62,136 bases of DNA, taken from positions 1 through 62,136 of IMG/VR virus record IMGVR_UViG_3300030090_003965; one strand, given 5' to 3'. The translations under genes and the position numbers were made by a program. This DNA is from a virus (lineage: Duplodnaviria > Caudoviricetes). Positions within the stretch are counted from its first letter, which is position 1. Every line of letters begins with the position of its first letter. Positions 1 through 9,339 of this stretch are shown one piece after another. Under the pieces are notes generated by a model. It did not search any database. It saw nothing but the letters and a program-made list of their open reading frames with translations, and was not told the DNA's origin.

Positions 1-758
1 GCGTTATCTCCAATCAGCGTATTATCTGATCCGGTAGTCACCGCATCGCCTGCTGAATCTCCAACGGCTACGTTATCCGTTCCAGAAGTATTAGCCGTAA
101 GTGCCGAAGTACCAACTGCCACGTTATTGCTCGCAGTTGTCGCAACCAGCAGAGCGCCAGAACCAATCGCTACGTTCGATCCGCCCGTTGTAATGGCCCC
201 TGCCGCGTTGTCACCTACCGCAGTGTTATCGGAACCCGAAGTCACCGCATCAAGCGCGGCCTCACCTATGGCTACGTTGTCCGTTCCGGTTGTTAAAGCT
301 GTGCCTAAGTTGCCAGAACCCAAACCTACATTACCTGTGCCGCCTGTAAGGTCGAGTACATCAGTAACTGCCGCTCCTGAGCCTGCCCCATCCGCCACAA
401 CCATCTTGATTCCACCGTTAGGAATCACAACATTAGCGCCTGTGCCTTGTGAAATCGTTACCTGATAACCTGCACTGTTCTGGATGATCCAAGTCTTGTT
501 GACTGTATTAGGGGCCAGAGTAACTGTATTGGTTGCTGTGGTAGAACCGGTTAGCGTCAGCGAATAAGCCCTTGCCGCATCAGCAGCGCCATCCGCCATC
601 GTGATTGTGTGCGTAGTGCCAGTAATTCCTTCTGAGCCACTGCCCCATGCTTCAGCAATTAACTCCAAATTAGTGTTGGTGGTATCGCCCCATGTGCCGG
701 ACTGTTCACCAGTACCAATTTCTTCTAGTCTTAAATCATTTACGTATGTACTTGCCAT
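1..758 (-). CDS. Tail fibre / receptor-binding protein, N-terminal part (runs off left edge)
   Basis: Not in the ORF track because it is truncated. ATG at 758 gives MASTYVNDLRLEEIGTGEQSGTWGDTTNTNLELIAEA..., then ~14-aa repeats (GTDNVAIG, GSDNTAVG, ASNNVAVG) typical of trimeric beta-roll fibres. Confidence 0.8.
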   Translation of the reverse strand, partial: MASTYVNDLRLEEIGTGEQSGTWGDTTNTNLELIAEAWGSGSEGITGTTHTITMADGAADAARAYSLTLTGSTTATNTVTLAPNTVNKTWIIQNSAGYQVTISQGTGANVVIPNGGIKMVVADGAGSGAAVTDVLDLTGGTGNVGLGSGNLGTALTTGTDNVAIGEAALDAVTSGSDNTAVGDNAAGAITTGGSNVAIGSGALLVATTASNNVAVGTSALTANTSGTDNVAVGDSAGDAVTTGSDNTLIGDN

Positions 759-767
759 AATTTTTAC

Positions 768-1334
768 CTACGCTGCTATGTCTGTCCAGTCCGCGGACTG
801 GGAAGGAGTAACCTCTGACCAAGAGGGCGATTGTGAAGGCGAAACAGCCGACCAAGAAGCATCTTGGTCCGGAATAAGGTTGCCCCAAACAGTGATTGTA
901 CCGAGTTCGGCCGTAGCGGAAACCCCTGTAACGGTATAGTTAGAGTCGCCCCCTGTAACGGCGTTTCCAACGCCTCCCGTAAGTTCGTCAGAAGTAACGC
1001 TGATATTGTTGTTAGTAGAAAGCGAAATGCTGCCCAAAGCACTAGTACCAGCCGTACCAGTAGCAGTAACACTAGCAACCCCACTAACAGTGACAGACCC
1101 AAGAGCAGTAGTACCTGCATTTCCACTTGCTGAAACACCTGCCGCTGCCGAAACGGTAACTGAACCCAGCCCCGTAGTTCCTGCATTACCCGTGGCAGTG
1201 ACTCCAGCCGCCGCCGCAACCGAAACCGTACCAAGGGCAGACGTGCCCGCATTACCTGTGGCAGAAACAGTAACATCAACGACGCCGCCCCACGTAGACG
1301 ATCCGTAAGTGCTGAAACCCCAAGTACCTGCCAT
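768..1334 (-). CDS. Virion structural protein with VxATGxAGTxALGxVxV repeats (tail/fibre associated)
   Basis: G/S/T/V-rich ~22-aa repeats; lies in the tail operon. Confidence 0.6.
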   Translation of the reverse strand: MAGTWGFSTYGSSTWGGVVDVTVSATGNAGTSALGTVSVAAAAGVTATGNAGTTGLGSVTVSAAAGVSASGNAGTTALGSVTVSGVASVTATGTAGTSALGSISLSTNNNISVTSDELTGGVGNAVTGGDSNYTVTGVSATAELGTITVWGNLIPDQDASWSAVSPSQSPSWSEVTPSQSADWTDIAA

Positions 1335-1344
1335 AGTTTATCCA

Positions 1345-1815
1345 TTACGCGATTCTAATAATCGCGTTTGAAGCATCCGCTGCGGGAAAAGTAATTGTAA
1401 AATCACCTGCTGTGGAAGTTTTATCCCCACCAAATGCCAGTACGGCAACAGCCCGATTTGCGCTACCCGCTGTAGTGCTTGAGTTATAAATCAATGCTCC
1501 GTTTGCAGTGATCGTTGATGAACTCCATGTAGTATCAGAAAAATCGGTCAGGGCCGTTGTTCCGCTTGTGCTGGGATCAACATTCGTCAGCGTGTTTCCT
1601 CCAGCACTATAGTTCGTTCCCGAAACCTCATTTGTGGTTGCGTAGGCAGTAGTCGAAGCCGACATCGTAGCCGATGAAGTATAGAGCGCGATTTTGAAGG
1701 TATTGCCCGTACCCGTTGTGGTAGTTGTACCGCCGCCCGATCCATTGTGAAAATTGTGTATCCCCTGTAAGAGTTCGCTCTTAAAAGAAGTACACATTGC
1801 CTGAGTTATAGCCAT
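1345..1815 (-). CDS. Conserved phage virion structural protein
   Basis: MAITQAMCTSFKSELL...FKIALYTS...FTITFP is a common marine phage structural family; operon context. Confidence 0.65.
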   Translation of the reverse strand: MAITQAMCTSFKSELLQGIHNFHNGSGGGTTTTTGTGNTFKIALYTSSATMSASTTAYATTNEVSGTNYSAGGNTLTNVDPSTSGTTALTDFSDTTWSSSTITANGALIYNSSTTAGSANRAVAVLAFGGDKTSTAGDFTITFPAADASNAIIRIA

Positions 1816-2105
1816 TACAGCCTCCGTAAAATTTCGGCCATATCTTTATGGCCCTGCTTAGAAAGAAGATTGTACAGCGTTGTTCTGTCGCTACTAATAG
1901 CGTCTTTACACGCAGCCACAATAACATAGAAAACTCTAGTCTTAAATGCTTCGGCCTGAGCTTTGACCATGGGGTCTGCTCCTTCGGCCACGGAAACTAT
2001 CTTATCCACAGCCCTTTGAGCTATTTCTTCAGGTGTAAATCCTCTGTATTTAGTGGTTTCTACCTGTACGCCACTGGTGTTTGCTTTAACTTCTACTGAG
2101 AACAT
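1815..2105 (-). CDS. Conserved hypothetical phage protein
   Basis: Stop/start overlap with neighbours; RGFTPEEIA motif. Confidence 0.6.
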   Translation of the reverse strand: MFSVEVKANTSGVQVETTKYRGFTPEEIAQRAVDKIVSVAEGADPMVKAQAEAFKTRVFYVIVAACKDAISSDRTTLYNLLSKQGHKDMAEILRRL

Positions 2106-2106
2106 A

Positions 2107-2754
2107 TTACTGTTTCTGCCTTATTACCATACCTGTTCTGTATTCATCTGTAGACTCTCTAGACTCCCCAAGCAGCTTAATAGATACCATGGCTTCGGCG
2201 AACCGCTTTTCGTACTGTTGCATGAGGTCGGGTTCACCTTTCATAAAAGTGTATGCTTCTATAAGACATCCGTACAGTAGTCCTTGTGTAGCATTTATAC
2301 TTAGCCACGTAGTCCCATCACTAGCCCCCGCAGTTAAACTGGCGGGCCTATAAAAATAATGCAGCTCCGAGGTGTAAGAACTGTCCGGTGTAGGTGCAAC
2401 AATAAAGTTATCTACATCAAACTGCGCATAATAGCGAGGACTCCCCGTAGTACTACTGTTGGGGTTAAAAGTTTGTATAAAATTAACATCCTTAAAGTCC
2501 AAAAAGAACTTCTCGCTACCAGAAGTGTACGAAAGCGAAAAAGGAGCTAAAAAATCACTGGGACAAGCTAAATACTGGTTAGAACTGCTCATACCACCAG
2601 ATACGTTTTTACGGAACAGGCTCAAATGAGCATTTTTTAAAATACGCTCTTCCGCGTTTTTTATGAAAATATCTAAATTATTGGTAAACGTGGTTTCGTC
2701 GTTTTCCGTGTAATTTTGTATTGCGGTTTTTAATGTGGCGTAAGTAAAGCTCAT
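2107..2754 (-). CDS. Putative head-tail adaptor / tail tubular protein
   Basis: MSFTYATLKTAIQNY...G-P-YY...PTPD..Y..ELHY pattern; position downstream of capsid genes. Confidence 0.6.
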   Translation of the reverse strand: MSFTYATLKTAIQNYTENDETTFTNNLDIFIKNAEERILKNAHLSLFRKNVSGGMSSSNQYLACPSDFLAPFSLSYTSGSEKFFLDFKDVNFIQTFNPNSSTTGSPRYYAQFDVDNFIVAPTPDSSYTSELHYFYRPASLTAGASDGTTWLSINATQGLLYGCLIEAYTFMKGEPDLMQQYEKRFAEAMVSIKLLGESRESTDEYRTGMVIRQKQ

Positions 2755-3053
2755 GTCGTCGTTACCGTAACCTCACCTAACTGCATAATCCCCTGTAGGG
2801 AGGTATTATCCGGTTGAGGAAAAATTGTTTGTCCCACAAACACATTCATGGGCTCTTTTCTAGCAGGGCGAGGTTCCCACAGAGCTTGCGGTTCATTGGG
2901 CACACGCAAGGTCATAGACTGCGGGGCTTTTGGCTCATAGCACTGGTGACACACCTTGAAGCCTGTCCATTCTTTAAGCAACTTGACGTAGTCAAACTGC
3001 TGTCCACAGCGGTCACAGATGGCTTGGGAATATTTACCTATTGCGTAGCTCAT
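2751..3053 (-). CDS. Conserved phage protein with CxxC...CxxC zinc-binding motif
   Basis: CDRCG and CHQC motifs; overlaps neighbours. Confidence 0.6.
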   Translation of the reverse strand: MSYAIGKYSQAICDRCGQQFDYVKLLKEWTGFKVCHQCYEPKAPQSMTLRVPNEPQALWEPRPARKEPMNVFVGQTIFPQPDNTSLQGIMQLGEVTVTTT

Positions 3054-3958
3054 TAGATTACAGAGTAGTAGTCTCTCCCCGGAGTTAGGCTTAAAGAAGC
3101 TCTGTCGCGGTCTTCAGAAGCCGCCCTTTGAAACTCCTCCTCGTACGCTGCCTTTAACAAAGGCACACGGTCGGGAGCACGTTTTATAGAAAGATAATAC
3201 GATAACCCCGCCACTAAACAAGGATAAAACCTAAAAGGCACTTCTGCAGAGTTAGTAAAGGTGTCGGCATCGTCCATGCGGGTAAGTCTGTCATAGACCA
3301 GCACATATTTGGTACTAGAGTCAGGCATGGGCCACAGCTTTATTACTGGGGTAAGCGAGCGGTCTATGTAGAACTGCGTAGGCTTACCCGTAGTACGCTT
3401 AGACGGTATGCTTATAAAATCATCTCTGCTTACACGCGACATCCGTATGTCGGACTGGCTGCTAGTGTCATTATCTTCCCTAACCACCATAGAAAGCACA
3501 TCAATACTGGCCTGCACATCGGTTAGGTCTACTGCGCTGCTAAGAGTAGTAGTGGCTGCACTGGTACCGCCGGTAAGGGTTTCGCCATTGGTAAAGGTGC
3601 CCGAAGGCACCGTAATAGCCATTGTAGTACTAGAAGGCTTACTGGTAATACTCGCCGTGGCTGCACTGGTACCACCTGTGAGGGTTTCCCCCACGGTAAA
3701 ACTACCACTGGCTCCTACTGTCATAGTAAGGGCACCCAAGGGGTAGTCGGCAATGCTGTCGGCAAGGGTAAGGGTTTTTTGTTCTATAGTCCAGCGGTTT
3801 AAGCCTCTGTTAGACCAGTCCGCTAGTAATAGGTTTAACGACCGCTTGGCCGTTTTCAGGTCATACCCCGTGCGAACCTCACTACCACAACGTTCAAACG
3901 CCTCTTCTATATACTCAGCAACATCAAGGGCAAAGTCTTTTGAACCCGAAACAGCCAT
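3053..3958 (-). CDS. Putative head-tail connector / tail tubular protein with a duplicated TxGETLTGGTSAAT insert
   Basis: IEEAFERCG...AKRSLNLL...GKPTQFY...WP.PD family; internal repeat GETLTGGTSAAT occurs twice. Confidence 0.6.
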   Translation of the reverse strand: MAVSGSKDFALDVAEYIEEAFERCGSEVRTGYDLKTAKRSLNLLLADWSNRGLNRWTIEQKTLTLADSIADYPLGALTMTVGASGSFTVGETLTGGTSAATASITSKPSSTTMAITVPSGTFTNGETLTGGTSAATTTLSSAVDLTDVQASIDVLSMVVREDNDTSSQSDIRMSRVSRDDFISIPSKRTTGKPTQFYIDRSLTPVIKLWPMPDSSTKYVLVYDRLTRMDDADTFTNSAEVPFRFYPCLVAGLSYYLSIKRAPDRVPLLKAAYEEEFQRAASEDRDRASLSLTPGRDYYSVI

Positions 3959-4197
3959 TAGCTATTCGGGCCTCTTATCGACCTGTTAAGGTTCTTAGCC
4001 TGTACAAGACCACCTCCGGACATCTTCACTCTAGAACGAGGAGGAGGAGGAGACATAGGAGGAGGTGTAGGGGAAAGATCTTTCAATTCCTCTTTCTCAC
4101 GTCTTATAGACTCTCTTATCCTTGCTCTTCTTCTACTTTCCGCACGTATACGTCTTCCTTCCTCTCGGTCGGCTTTGGTCTGTTTCTTAGCCATCAA
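3958..4197 (-). CDS. Small basic hypothetical protein (MSGGGLV motif, C-terminal RGPNS)
   Basis: AAGGAG SD upstream; stop overlaps the next start. Confidence 0.55.
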   Translation of the reverse strand: MMAKKQTKADREEGRRIRAESRRRARIRESIRREKEELKDLSPTPPPMSPPPPRSRVKMSGGGLVQAKNLNRSIRGPNS

Positions 4198-4205
4198 TAT
4201 TCTCC

Positions 4206-4367
4206 TTAGCTATTAGGGCCTCTAACAGTCTTACTACTGCTTACTGTGCCTCCCCTAGAATAGCGTTTACGTACCATGCCTCCACCCATTTTATTTTGTC
4301 TGGCGGCAGCGGCCTGTTTTTTACCCTTTTCTGTGTAAGGGTAGTGTTTACCATCTACTACGGGCAT
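4206..4367 (-). CDS. Small basic 53-aa protein (MPVVDGKHYPYTEKGKKQAAAA...RGPNS)
   Basis: Below the ORF-track cutoff and read manually. AAGGAG SD upstream; fills the gap between two genes. Confidence 0.6.
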   Translation of the reverse strand: MPVVDGKHYPYTEKGKKQAAAARQNKMGGGMVRKRYSRGGTVSSSKTVRGPNS

Positions 4368-4379
4368 CTGTGTTCTCCT

Positions 4380-4805
4380 TTAAGATCCCGGAGCTTCATA
4401 GTACTTAAGAAATTCACACCAAACAGTGTATTCATTCCCTGCGTCTGCTGTGGAAGGAACCACAAACAACACATCTCCTGAATACCCCGTAGCTGCGGTA
4501 TTTTTTAAGCCACCTATGTCACTAAAGTCAAAAGAATTATCGTACGCAAGGGTTAAAAACGTAACGTTGGTGTCTGCGTCCCAGTCTAGGGAAGCAGGCG
4601 CATCGGGCGCGCCACTACAGGTATACCATATCCTGTTCAACGACACATGCGCACAAGAACCCCCATTTAACGTGGAGGTGTTTAGTGCAGAAACATCCAC
4701 TAAGGTAGTACTGCTTGCATTACCGTCCGAATAGACAGAGCAATAAACAATTAGCTTTTTTTCTCCATCTAACTGGTTAGTGGGTCCTGTAACTGAGTTA
4801 GCCAT
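4380..4805 (-). CDS. Putative virion structural protein
   Basis: GGAG SD; FDFSDIGGLKN motif; structural operon context. Confidence 0.55.
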   Translation of the reverse strand: MANSVTGPTNQLDGEKKLIVYCSVYSDGNASSTTLVDVSALNTSTLNGGSCAHVSLNRIWYTCSGAPDAPASLDWDADTNVTFLTLAYDNSFDFSDIGGLKNTAATGYSGDVLFVVPSTADAGNEYTVWCEFLKYYEAPGS

Positions 4806-4821
4806 AAGTTACTCCAAAGTA

Positions 4822-4841
4822 AGGTGGGGCTTTAGCCCCAC
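4822..4841 (-). terminator. Possible intrinsic terminator / hairpin
   Basis: GGTGGGGC-TTTA-GCCCCACC 8-bp stem just after the stop of 4860..5417; weak T-tail. Confidence 0.4.
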
Positions 4842-4859
4842 CCAGTTAACAATCAGCCG

Positions 4860-5417
4860 TTACTCAAACGGTGTCGCCAATGTGCCGTCACCATGCAAGA
4901 AAGCCTCGCAATGCCAAACCGCTGCGCTGGTTGCTACTAAGCGAATTACGCCACCTACAAGCCAGCCCTGTGCTGCCGACCCCAAATCAATGGTGTCATC
5001 ATTACTGGCATCAGGAATGAAGGTGTTGTTATCGGTAGCCGTTCCCGGATCAAAGATCGTAGCAAAACCAGAGAACAAGTCACTGGCATTGTCCGTATTG
5101 ATCTGTCCCGCACCAGTAAAGGTGGTTCCAACGATGAACGTGTAGTTCAGGCCAGCCGCTGCCGTTGGCAACGTGACCACAATACCTGCGGCTCGGTTTA
5201 AAGTGTAAACCGTACCTGAATCGGTGGACTCAACGCTCTTGGTAGCAGACGTAATGCTGCTGACGTTGGCATAAGAGGAAACATAACCCGTTGTGGTGAT
5301 ATTACCACTGGTATCGATGTCTAAATTAGTTGTAATTGCGCCAGTGGCAGCGGTTTTAGTTATCTGTTCAAAACCACCCTCTGACCTAACTGGTCCGCTA
5401 AAGGTTGTATTAGCCAT
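4860..5417 (-). CDS. Putative capsid decoration / minor virion protein
   Basis: MANTTFSGPVRS N-terminus; TLPTAAAGLNYTF beta-sandwich motif; directly follows the major capsid gene. Confidence 0.55.
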   Translation of the reverse strand: MANTTFSGPVRSEGGFEQITKTAATGAITTNLDIDTSGNITTTGYVSSYANVSSITSATKSVESTDSGTVYTLNRAAGIVVTLPTAAAGLNYTFIVGTTFTGAGQINTDNASDLFSGFATIFDPGTATDNNTFIPDASNDDTIDLGSAAQGWLVGGVIRLVATSAAVWHCEAFLHGDGTLATPFE

Positions 5418-5484
5418 ATATTTCTCCTGTCTTGGCTAGTGTCTGTCGCACCATGCGACAGTCAGGAAGATAAAACTCTAAACC

Positions 5485-5511
5485 AAAAAGAAGGGCGGCA
5501 CAAGCCGCCCT
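5485..5511 (-). terminator. Rho-independent terminator after the major capsid gene
   Basis: GGGCGGC-ACAA-GCCGCCC stem, followed on the minus strand by TTCTTTTT. Confidence 0.75.
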
Positions 5512-5540
5512 CCGATTCTTTTTACCCAAAAGGGTAAAAA

Positions 5541-6449
5541 TTATGCTCCAGGAGAACCAAACACACAGCGTGGGTCTGAAACTCCGAAAGAATACCTCTC
5601 TCGAGACTTATATCGCACATTGCCTGTCTCGAAATCGCCTTCCATAGAATTGCGAATCGGGGCACGTACAAAGTGCTTAAAGCCGTTAGGGGCATCTGTC
5701 TTAATGAAGAACGCATCCGTATCGGTTAAATAGTTGTTAACTACATAGCCGTCAGGAATCATTCCCATACTTCTAGAAGCATTTATGTCGTTATCTGCAG
5801 TTGCAGGTCTCTGAGCCGAAGCTGTTAACCGTTCTGCTACAAACTGTAATGCCGGTGGAATTATCAGTTTGCGACCTTGAAGAGCAATCTTCAAGCCTCT
5901 TTCGTCAATAAACGCCGCAATATCAATCAGAGATTGTTCTAGCGAAGTTTCATTGAGGTCAGCAGCGGTAGACAGTTCGTTTCTCAGGTCGCCACCACCC
6001 ACGGTTGGATGATCAGTAGCACAAAGCTCCTTACCATCGCCATAAGTAGTACCACTTGAAAACGCATTATTAAGAATAGAAGCAGCCTTCACTTGCTTAG
6101 TGTTAGCCATGGAACGAGCCAGTGCTCGCGTGTATCTAGTACTAAGGCGGTCATAGAGGTTATCCTCTACAGCTTCCTCGGTGATAGAAAACGCCAGCGC
6201 AATCGTCTCATGGGTGTACCTTGCTGTGTAGGCTTCATTAGCAGTGTCATACGTGACCGCTGCTCCTTCTTCCTTAACAGGGGCTTGACCAAACCCAGAA
6301 AGCATTACCTCTTCTTCAAAAGCACGATCAGAGTTCTCGCTTTCAAAGATTTCAGCATGTTGACTGTCGTATCGGTCATACTCCATTCCGAACAAAGCAT
6401 TTAGTCCGGGTTCCAACTCTTTAAGGAGTTGTGATCTTGAAATAGCCAT
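5541..6449 (-). CDS. Major capsid protein
   Basis: MAISRSQLLKELEPGLNALFG...RERYSFG.SDPR...GSPGA is a recognisable marine phage capsid family; strong SD; followed by a terminator. Confidence 0.9.
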   Translation of the reverse strand: MAISRSQLLKELEPGLNALFGMEYDRYDSQHAEIFESENSDRAFEEEVMLSGFGQAPVKEEGAAVTYDTANEAYTARYTHETIALAFSITEEAVEDNLYDRLSTRYTRALARSMANTKQVKAASILNNAFSSGTTYGDGKELCATDHPTVGGGDLRNELSTAADLNETSLEQSLIDIAAFIDERGLKIALQGRKLIIPPALQFVAERLTASAQRPATADNDINASRSMGMIPDGYVVNNYLTDTDAFFIKTDAPNGFKHFVRAPIRNSMEGDFETGNVRYKSRERYSFGVSDPRCVFGSPGA

Positions 6450-6461
6450 AGATTACTCTCC

Positions 6462-7079
6462 TTATATTCCAGCCACTGTACCGTTAGTACTATAACGGTA
6501 GAAGTGGTTGTTGAGCCGAACGATCGCTAACATACCCGCCGCAGAGGTATCAGCGTTTGAGGGAGAATCCTCAAAACCCATAATACGCAAATTAAGCGTG
6601 TTGGTAGTAGCTACAGTACTCACAGCAAGTTCTGCTGTGGAAATTCCTGTCGTGGAATCTCCGGAAGTACCCGTAGCAAAGTTAGCATTCGCATGAACCG
6701 AAGCCTGTGTAACGGAAGCATCGCAGTTGATCAGGAACAGTTGATCCGGATCAGCCGCAACGTGTGCTACAGCTTCGGTGCTTGATTTAACGGAACTCGT
6801 TCCGGGCCACGTATTAGTGAACGTTGGTTTTCCGTTTAGGTCTGTGTACTCACAGCCGAGAAAGGCTCCTAAAAGAGGAACTGTGCCACCAGCGGCAGCA
6901 CCCACAATATCAATCAGACCGTTAGCAAGAGGTATAACAGGGGTTCCTTGGTATATAGTACTGGAAGTTCCTGCCGTACCTGTAGTCTGGATTTTAAATG
7001 TGGTTATCCCATTAGTATTAGCGCCATCCCCCACTGATTTGTACGGTCTTAGACCAAAGGCAGCATCAATGTTTGCCAT
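6462..7079 (-). CDS. Capsid-associated (cement/decoration) protein
   Basis: MANIDAAFGLRP N-terminus; immediately upstream of the major capsid gene. Confidence 0.65.
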   Translation of the reverse strand: MANIDAAFGLRPYKSVGDGANTNGITTFKIQTTGTAGTSSTIYQGTPVIPLANGLIDIVGAAAGGTVPLLGAFLGCEYTDLNGKPTFTNTWPGTSSVKSSTEAVAHVAADPDQLFLINCDASVTQASVHANANFATGTSGDSTTGISTAELAVSTVATTNTLNLRIMGFEDSPSNADTSAAGMLAIVRLNNHFYRYSTNGTVAGI

Positions 7080-7132
7080 GTTGGTTTATCTCCTAACAAA
7101 AAGAATGAAAGTTACTTTTTGCTTTAAAAGAG

Positions 7133-7588
7133 CTAATCATTGCCTCTTTTTCCACCAAAAGTAACACGGGATTGCCGTTCGTTATGAACGGGCATACTAG
7201 GATGTTCTACGCGCAAGTAATCCTGCTCCACAGCCGTTTCTTGGTCTTCGGTTCGAGAACGATAGTAGGCGTTCCTCTCCGCGCGGGTTTCGTTTGGAAT
7301 TCTTGCCAGCAATAACCCTCCTACACCGATAATACCGGCATATTCACCGGTTGATATAGAGGAGTATTTTTTATTTGGATATTCATCCGCGCGAACTAAT
7401 TCAAACCCTTCGCGAAGGCGAGCATGGAGGCCTTTTGCATCATCTAAACCCATAACAGATTCACGAATCCAACGATGTGAGTAACCTTCCGGTGGTGGTG
7501 GAGCGTCCAAACTGGACGGAGGAGCCCAAGGCCGACGACGAGACTGCTTTTCTCGTGTTTTTTCGGCGCGTGTGGTTTTATCTGTCAT
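7133..7588 (-). CDS. Conserved head-module protein
   Basis: WAPPSSLDAP...RWIR...GVGGLLLARIP; lies between scaffold and capsid genes. Confidence 0.6.
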   Translation of the reverse strand: MTDKTTRAEKTREKQSRRRPWAPPSSLDAPPPPEGYSHRWIRESVMGLDDAKGLHARLREGFELVRADEYPNKKYSSISTGEYAGIIGVGGLLLARIPNETRAERNAYYRSRTEDQETAVEQDYLRVEHPSMPVHNERQSRVTFGGKRGND

Positions 7589-7595
7589 AAGTACC

Positions 7596-8666
7596 TCACG
7601 AAGTAGCTTGTCTGTTTTGTAAAATCTTAACGTTTCTTGCGTAATCTTCTAACGATACACCAAGTTTTCTCGCTATTGCAACCTCACTTTGGCTTAATCG
7701 TACCGAATTATTGCTTTTAGTGTCCCTACGAGCCCCTCCTGCAGGAGCTACGCCGCTTGGTCTGCGGGTAGGAGAGGAAGTGTTTCCTCCTATACTCTGT
7801 ACTTGTTCCGCTTTATGAGGAAAGTTTTCCTTTAACTGAGACTCTAGTTTTTCGTAGTAGGCATCTGAAGAAGGAGTATATCCTTCCAAAAGTAGTTCTT
7901 TATGTATAGAAAAAGCGGTAAGAGTCATTGGTTCATCATTACCAAACCACACATTGCGTTCAGCCCATTCCTCTGCTTTAGGGTCAGGCTGTGTCTGCTG
8001 TTGGTTCCATCCCTCAGACGGTGGTTGGGTTTCTGGTTGCTGTGCTGAGTTAGGGCCTGCTTGTTGGTTTGGAGTTTCTGCTTGCTGCGCCGCTTGCTGT
8101 TCAGCGTAGCGTTTAGCCTGAACCAGTTTTTCAGAGTCTAAGGCGTGTTGCGCTATGCGTTTTTGCACTTCCATCTGAGCGTCTACGTCACCACTGTTAA
8201 TAGCTTTTTGTAATGCAGACTTTAAGGCCTCTTCTTCCAGAGTCAATCTGTTTTCGTACTCTGCTAAATGACTGTTTCCAGTAACCTGTGCATTTGCGGA
8301 AATTTCATCGTTTTGCTTTTTCAGACCCTTTGCATAATCAAGAGCAGCTTTTTCTCGCCTTTCGGCCTCGCGCATTCGCTTAGTTAGCTTATTTATCCTT
8401 TTCTGGACCGATTCGCTTTGCCTCGAGAGCTCTTCGTCTTCTGAGTCTTCTTCGGATTGTACTTGGGAGCCTTGTTCTTCGGCGGTTTTTTCGACTGAAG
8501 AGGAGGACTTTTCTTGTTTTCTTTCAGCAGGGTCTTCAATGATTTCCGCTGCGGTTGAGGGGTTGGAGGAGAAGATTTCTTCCTCCACGGGAGCCTTTGG
8601 TAAAGTGACGTCCACAGTTTCGTCATCGTTTTTAGTAATTTCTGCATCAGTTGACCTCGTAGCCAT
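7596..8666 (-). CDS. Capsid scaffolding protein
   Basis: Acidic coiled coil (VQKRINKLT...EAERRE), DPKAEEWA..N.WFG, C-terminal VAIARKLGVSLEDYA. Confidence 0.75.
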   Translation of the reverse strand: MATRSTDAEITKNDDETVDVTLPKAPVEEEIFSSNPSTAAEIIEDPAERKQEKSSSSVEKTAEEQGSQVQSEEDSEDEELSRQSESVQKRINKLTKRMREAERREKAALDYAKGLKKQNDEISANAQVTGNSHLAEYENRLTLEEEALKSALQKAINSGDVDAQMEVQKRIAQHALDSEKLVQAKRYAEQQAAQQAETPNQQAGPNSAQQPETQPPSEGWNQQQTQPDPKAEEWAERNVWFGNDEPMTLTAFSIHKELLLEGYTPSSDAYYEKLESQLKENFPHKAEQVQSIGGNTSSPTRRPSGVAPAGGARRDTKSNNSVRLSQSEVAIARKLGVSLEDYARNVKILQNRQATS

Positions 8667-8679
8667 CGGTTATTCTCCC

Positions 8680-9153
8680 TTAAATATGCAAAATGTCGCT
8701 AGGATCGTTAATGCGAGCAAGTATTTCGTCATCATTGAGCAAACGAACTTCGCCGCCTTCTATCTTAAATCGGCTTCCCGCGTATCTTCCAAAAATAACC
8801 CACTCTTTTTCAGCACACCAAGGGCCATGGGGATATTTTTCACGATCCTCATACGCATCTGGTCCTAATCTCAGCACATAACCACATACAGTGGCTAGGG
8901 CTTCGGTTTGGATCACAGCATCGGGCATAAGAATTCCACCATCACTGACTTTTCTGCCCTGATAGGGCAAAAGCAAAATTCGCCAGCCAGTAGGTTGAGG
9001 TAAACGGTCAATTGATTTAGAAGATAGCTTACTGGGATCTAAGTACAGATCCTCTTTTTCTACGTAAGCCGAATCTAGTGAATCTTTTTCAGGAGGTTTT
9101 TTAGGGGTAGGTTCTTTATAGTAATCAGGTACCAGTAGTGTTGGTTCAGTCAT
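8680..9153 (-). CDS. groES: Co-chaperonin GroES-like protein
   Basis: PTGWRILL, GGIL mobile loop, FGRYAGSRFKIEG.EVRLLNDDEILA. Confidence 0.88.
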   Translation of the reverse strand: MTEPTLLVPDYYKEPTPKKPPEKDSLDSAYVEKEDLYLDPSKLSSKSIDRLPQPTGWRILLLPYQGRKVSDGGILMPDAVIQTEALATVCGYVLRLGPDAYEDREKYPHGPWCAEKEWVIFGRYAGSRFKIEGGEVRLLNDDEILARINDPSDILHI

Positions 9154-9337
9154 CTGTTACTTTCTCCAGCAGGGATGCTATTTCCTGTTCTATTGCTGCA
9201 AGTTCTACGAGCCTAGCTCGAAGTTCCTTGAATGTGGTGAAATCAGGTACAGGCCCTTCGCAAAGGGTATGCCGTATCATTTCTCTCCGTTCGCGTATAT
9301 TCTTTCGTATTTTTTCGTAAATGTAAAGCTCAGTCAC
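9146..9337 (-). CDS. Hypothetical protein
   Basis: Overlaps the groES start; helical. Confidence 0.55.
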   Translation of the reverse strand: MTELYIYEKIRKNIRERREMIRHTLCEGPVPDFTTFKELRARLVELAAIEQEIASLLEKVTDD

Positions 9338-9339
9338 GG

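Noticed and set aside
127-1308. Plus-strand ORFs here and throughout the window
   Set aside because: Antisense shadows of well-supported minus-strand genes, without SDs or motifs; only 46948..48387 is convincing on the plus strand.
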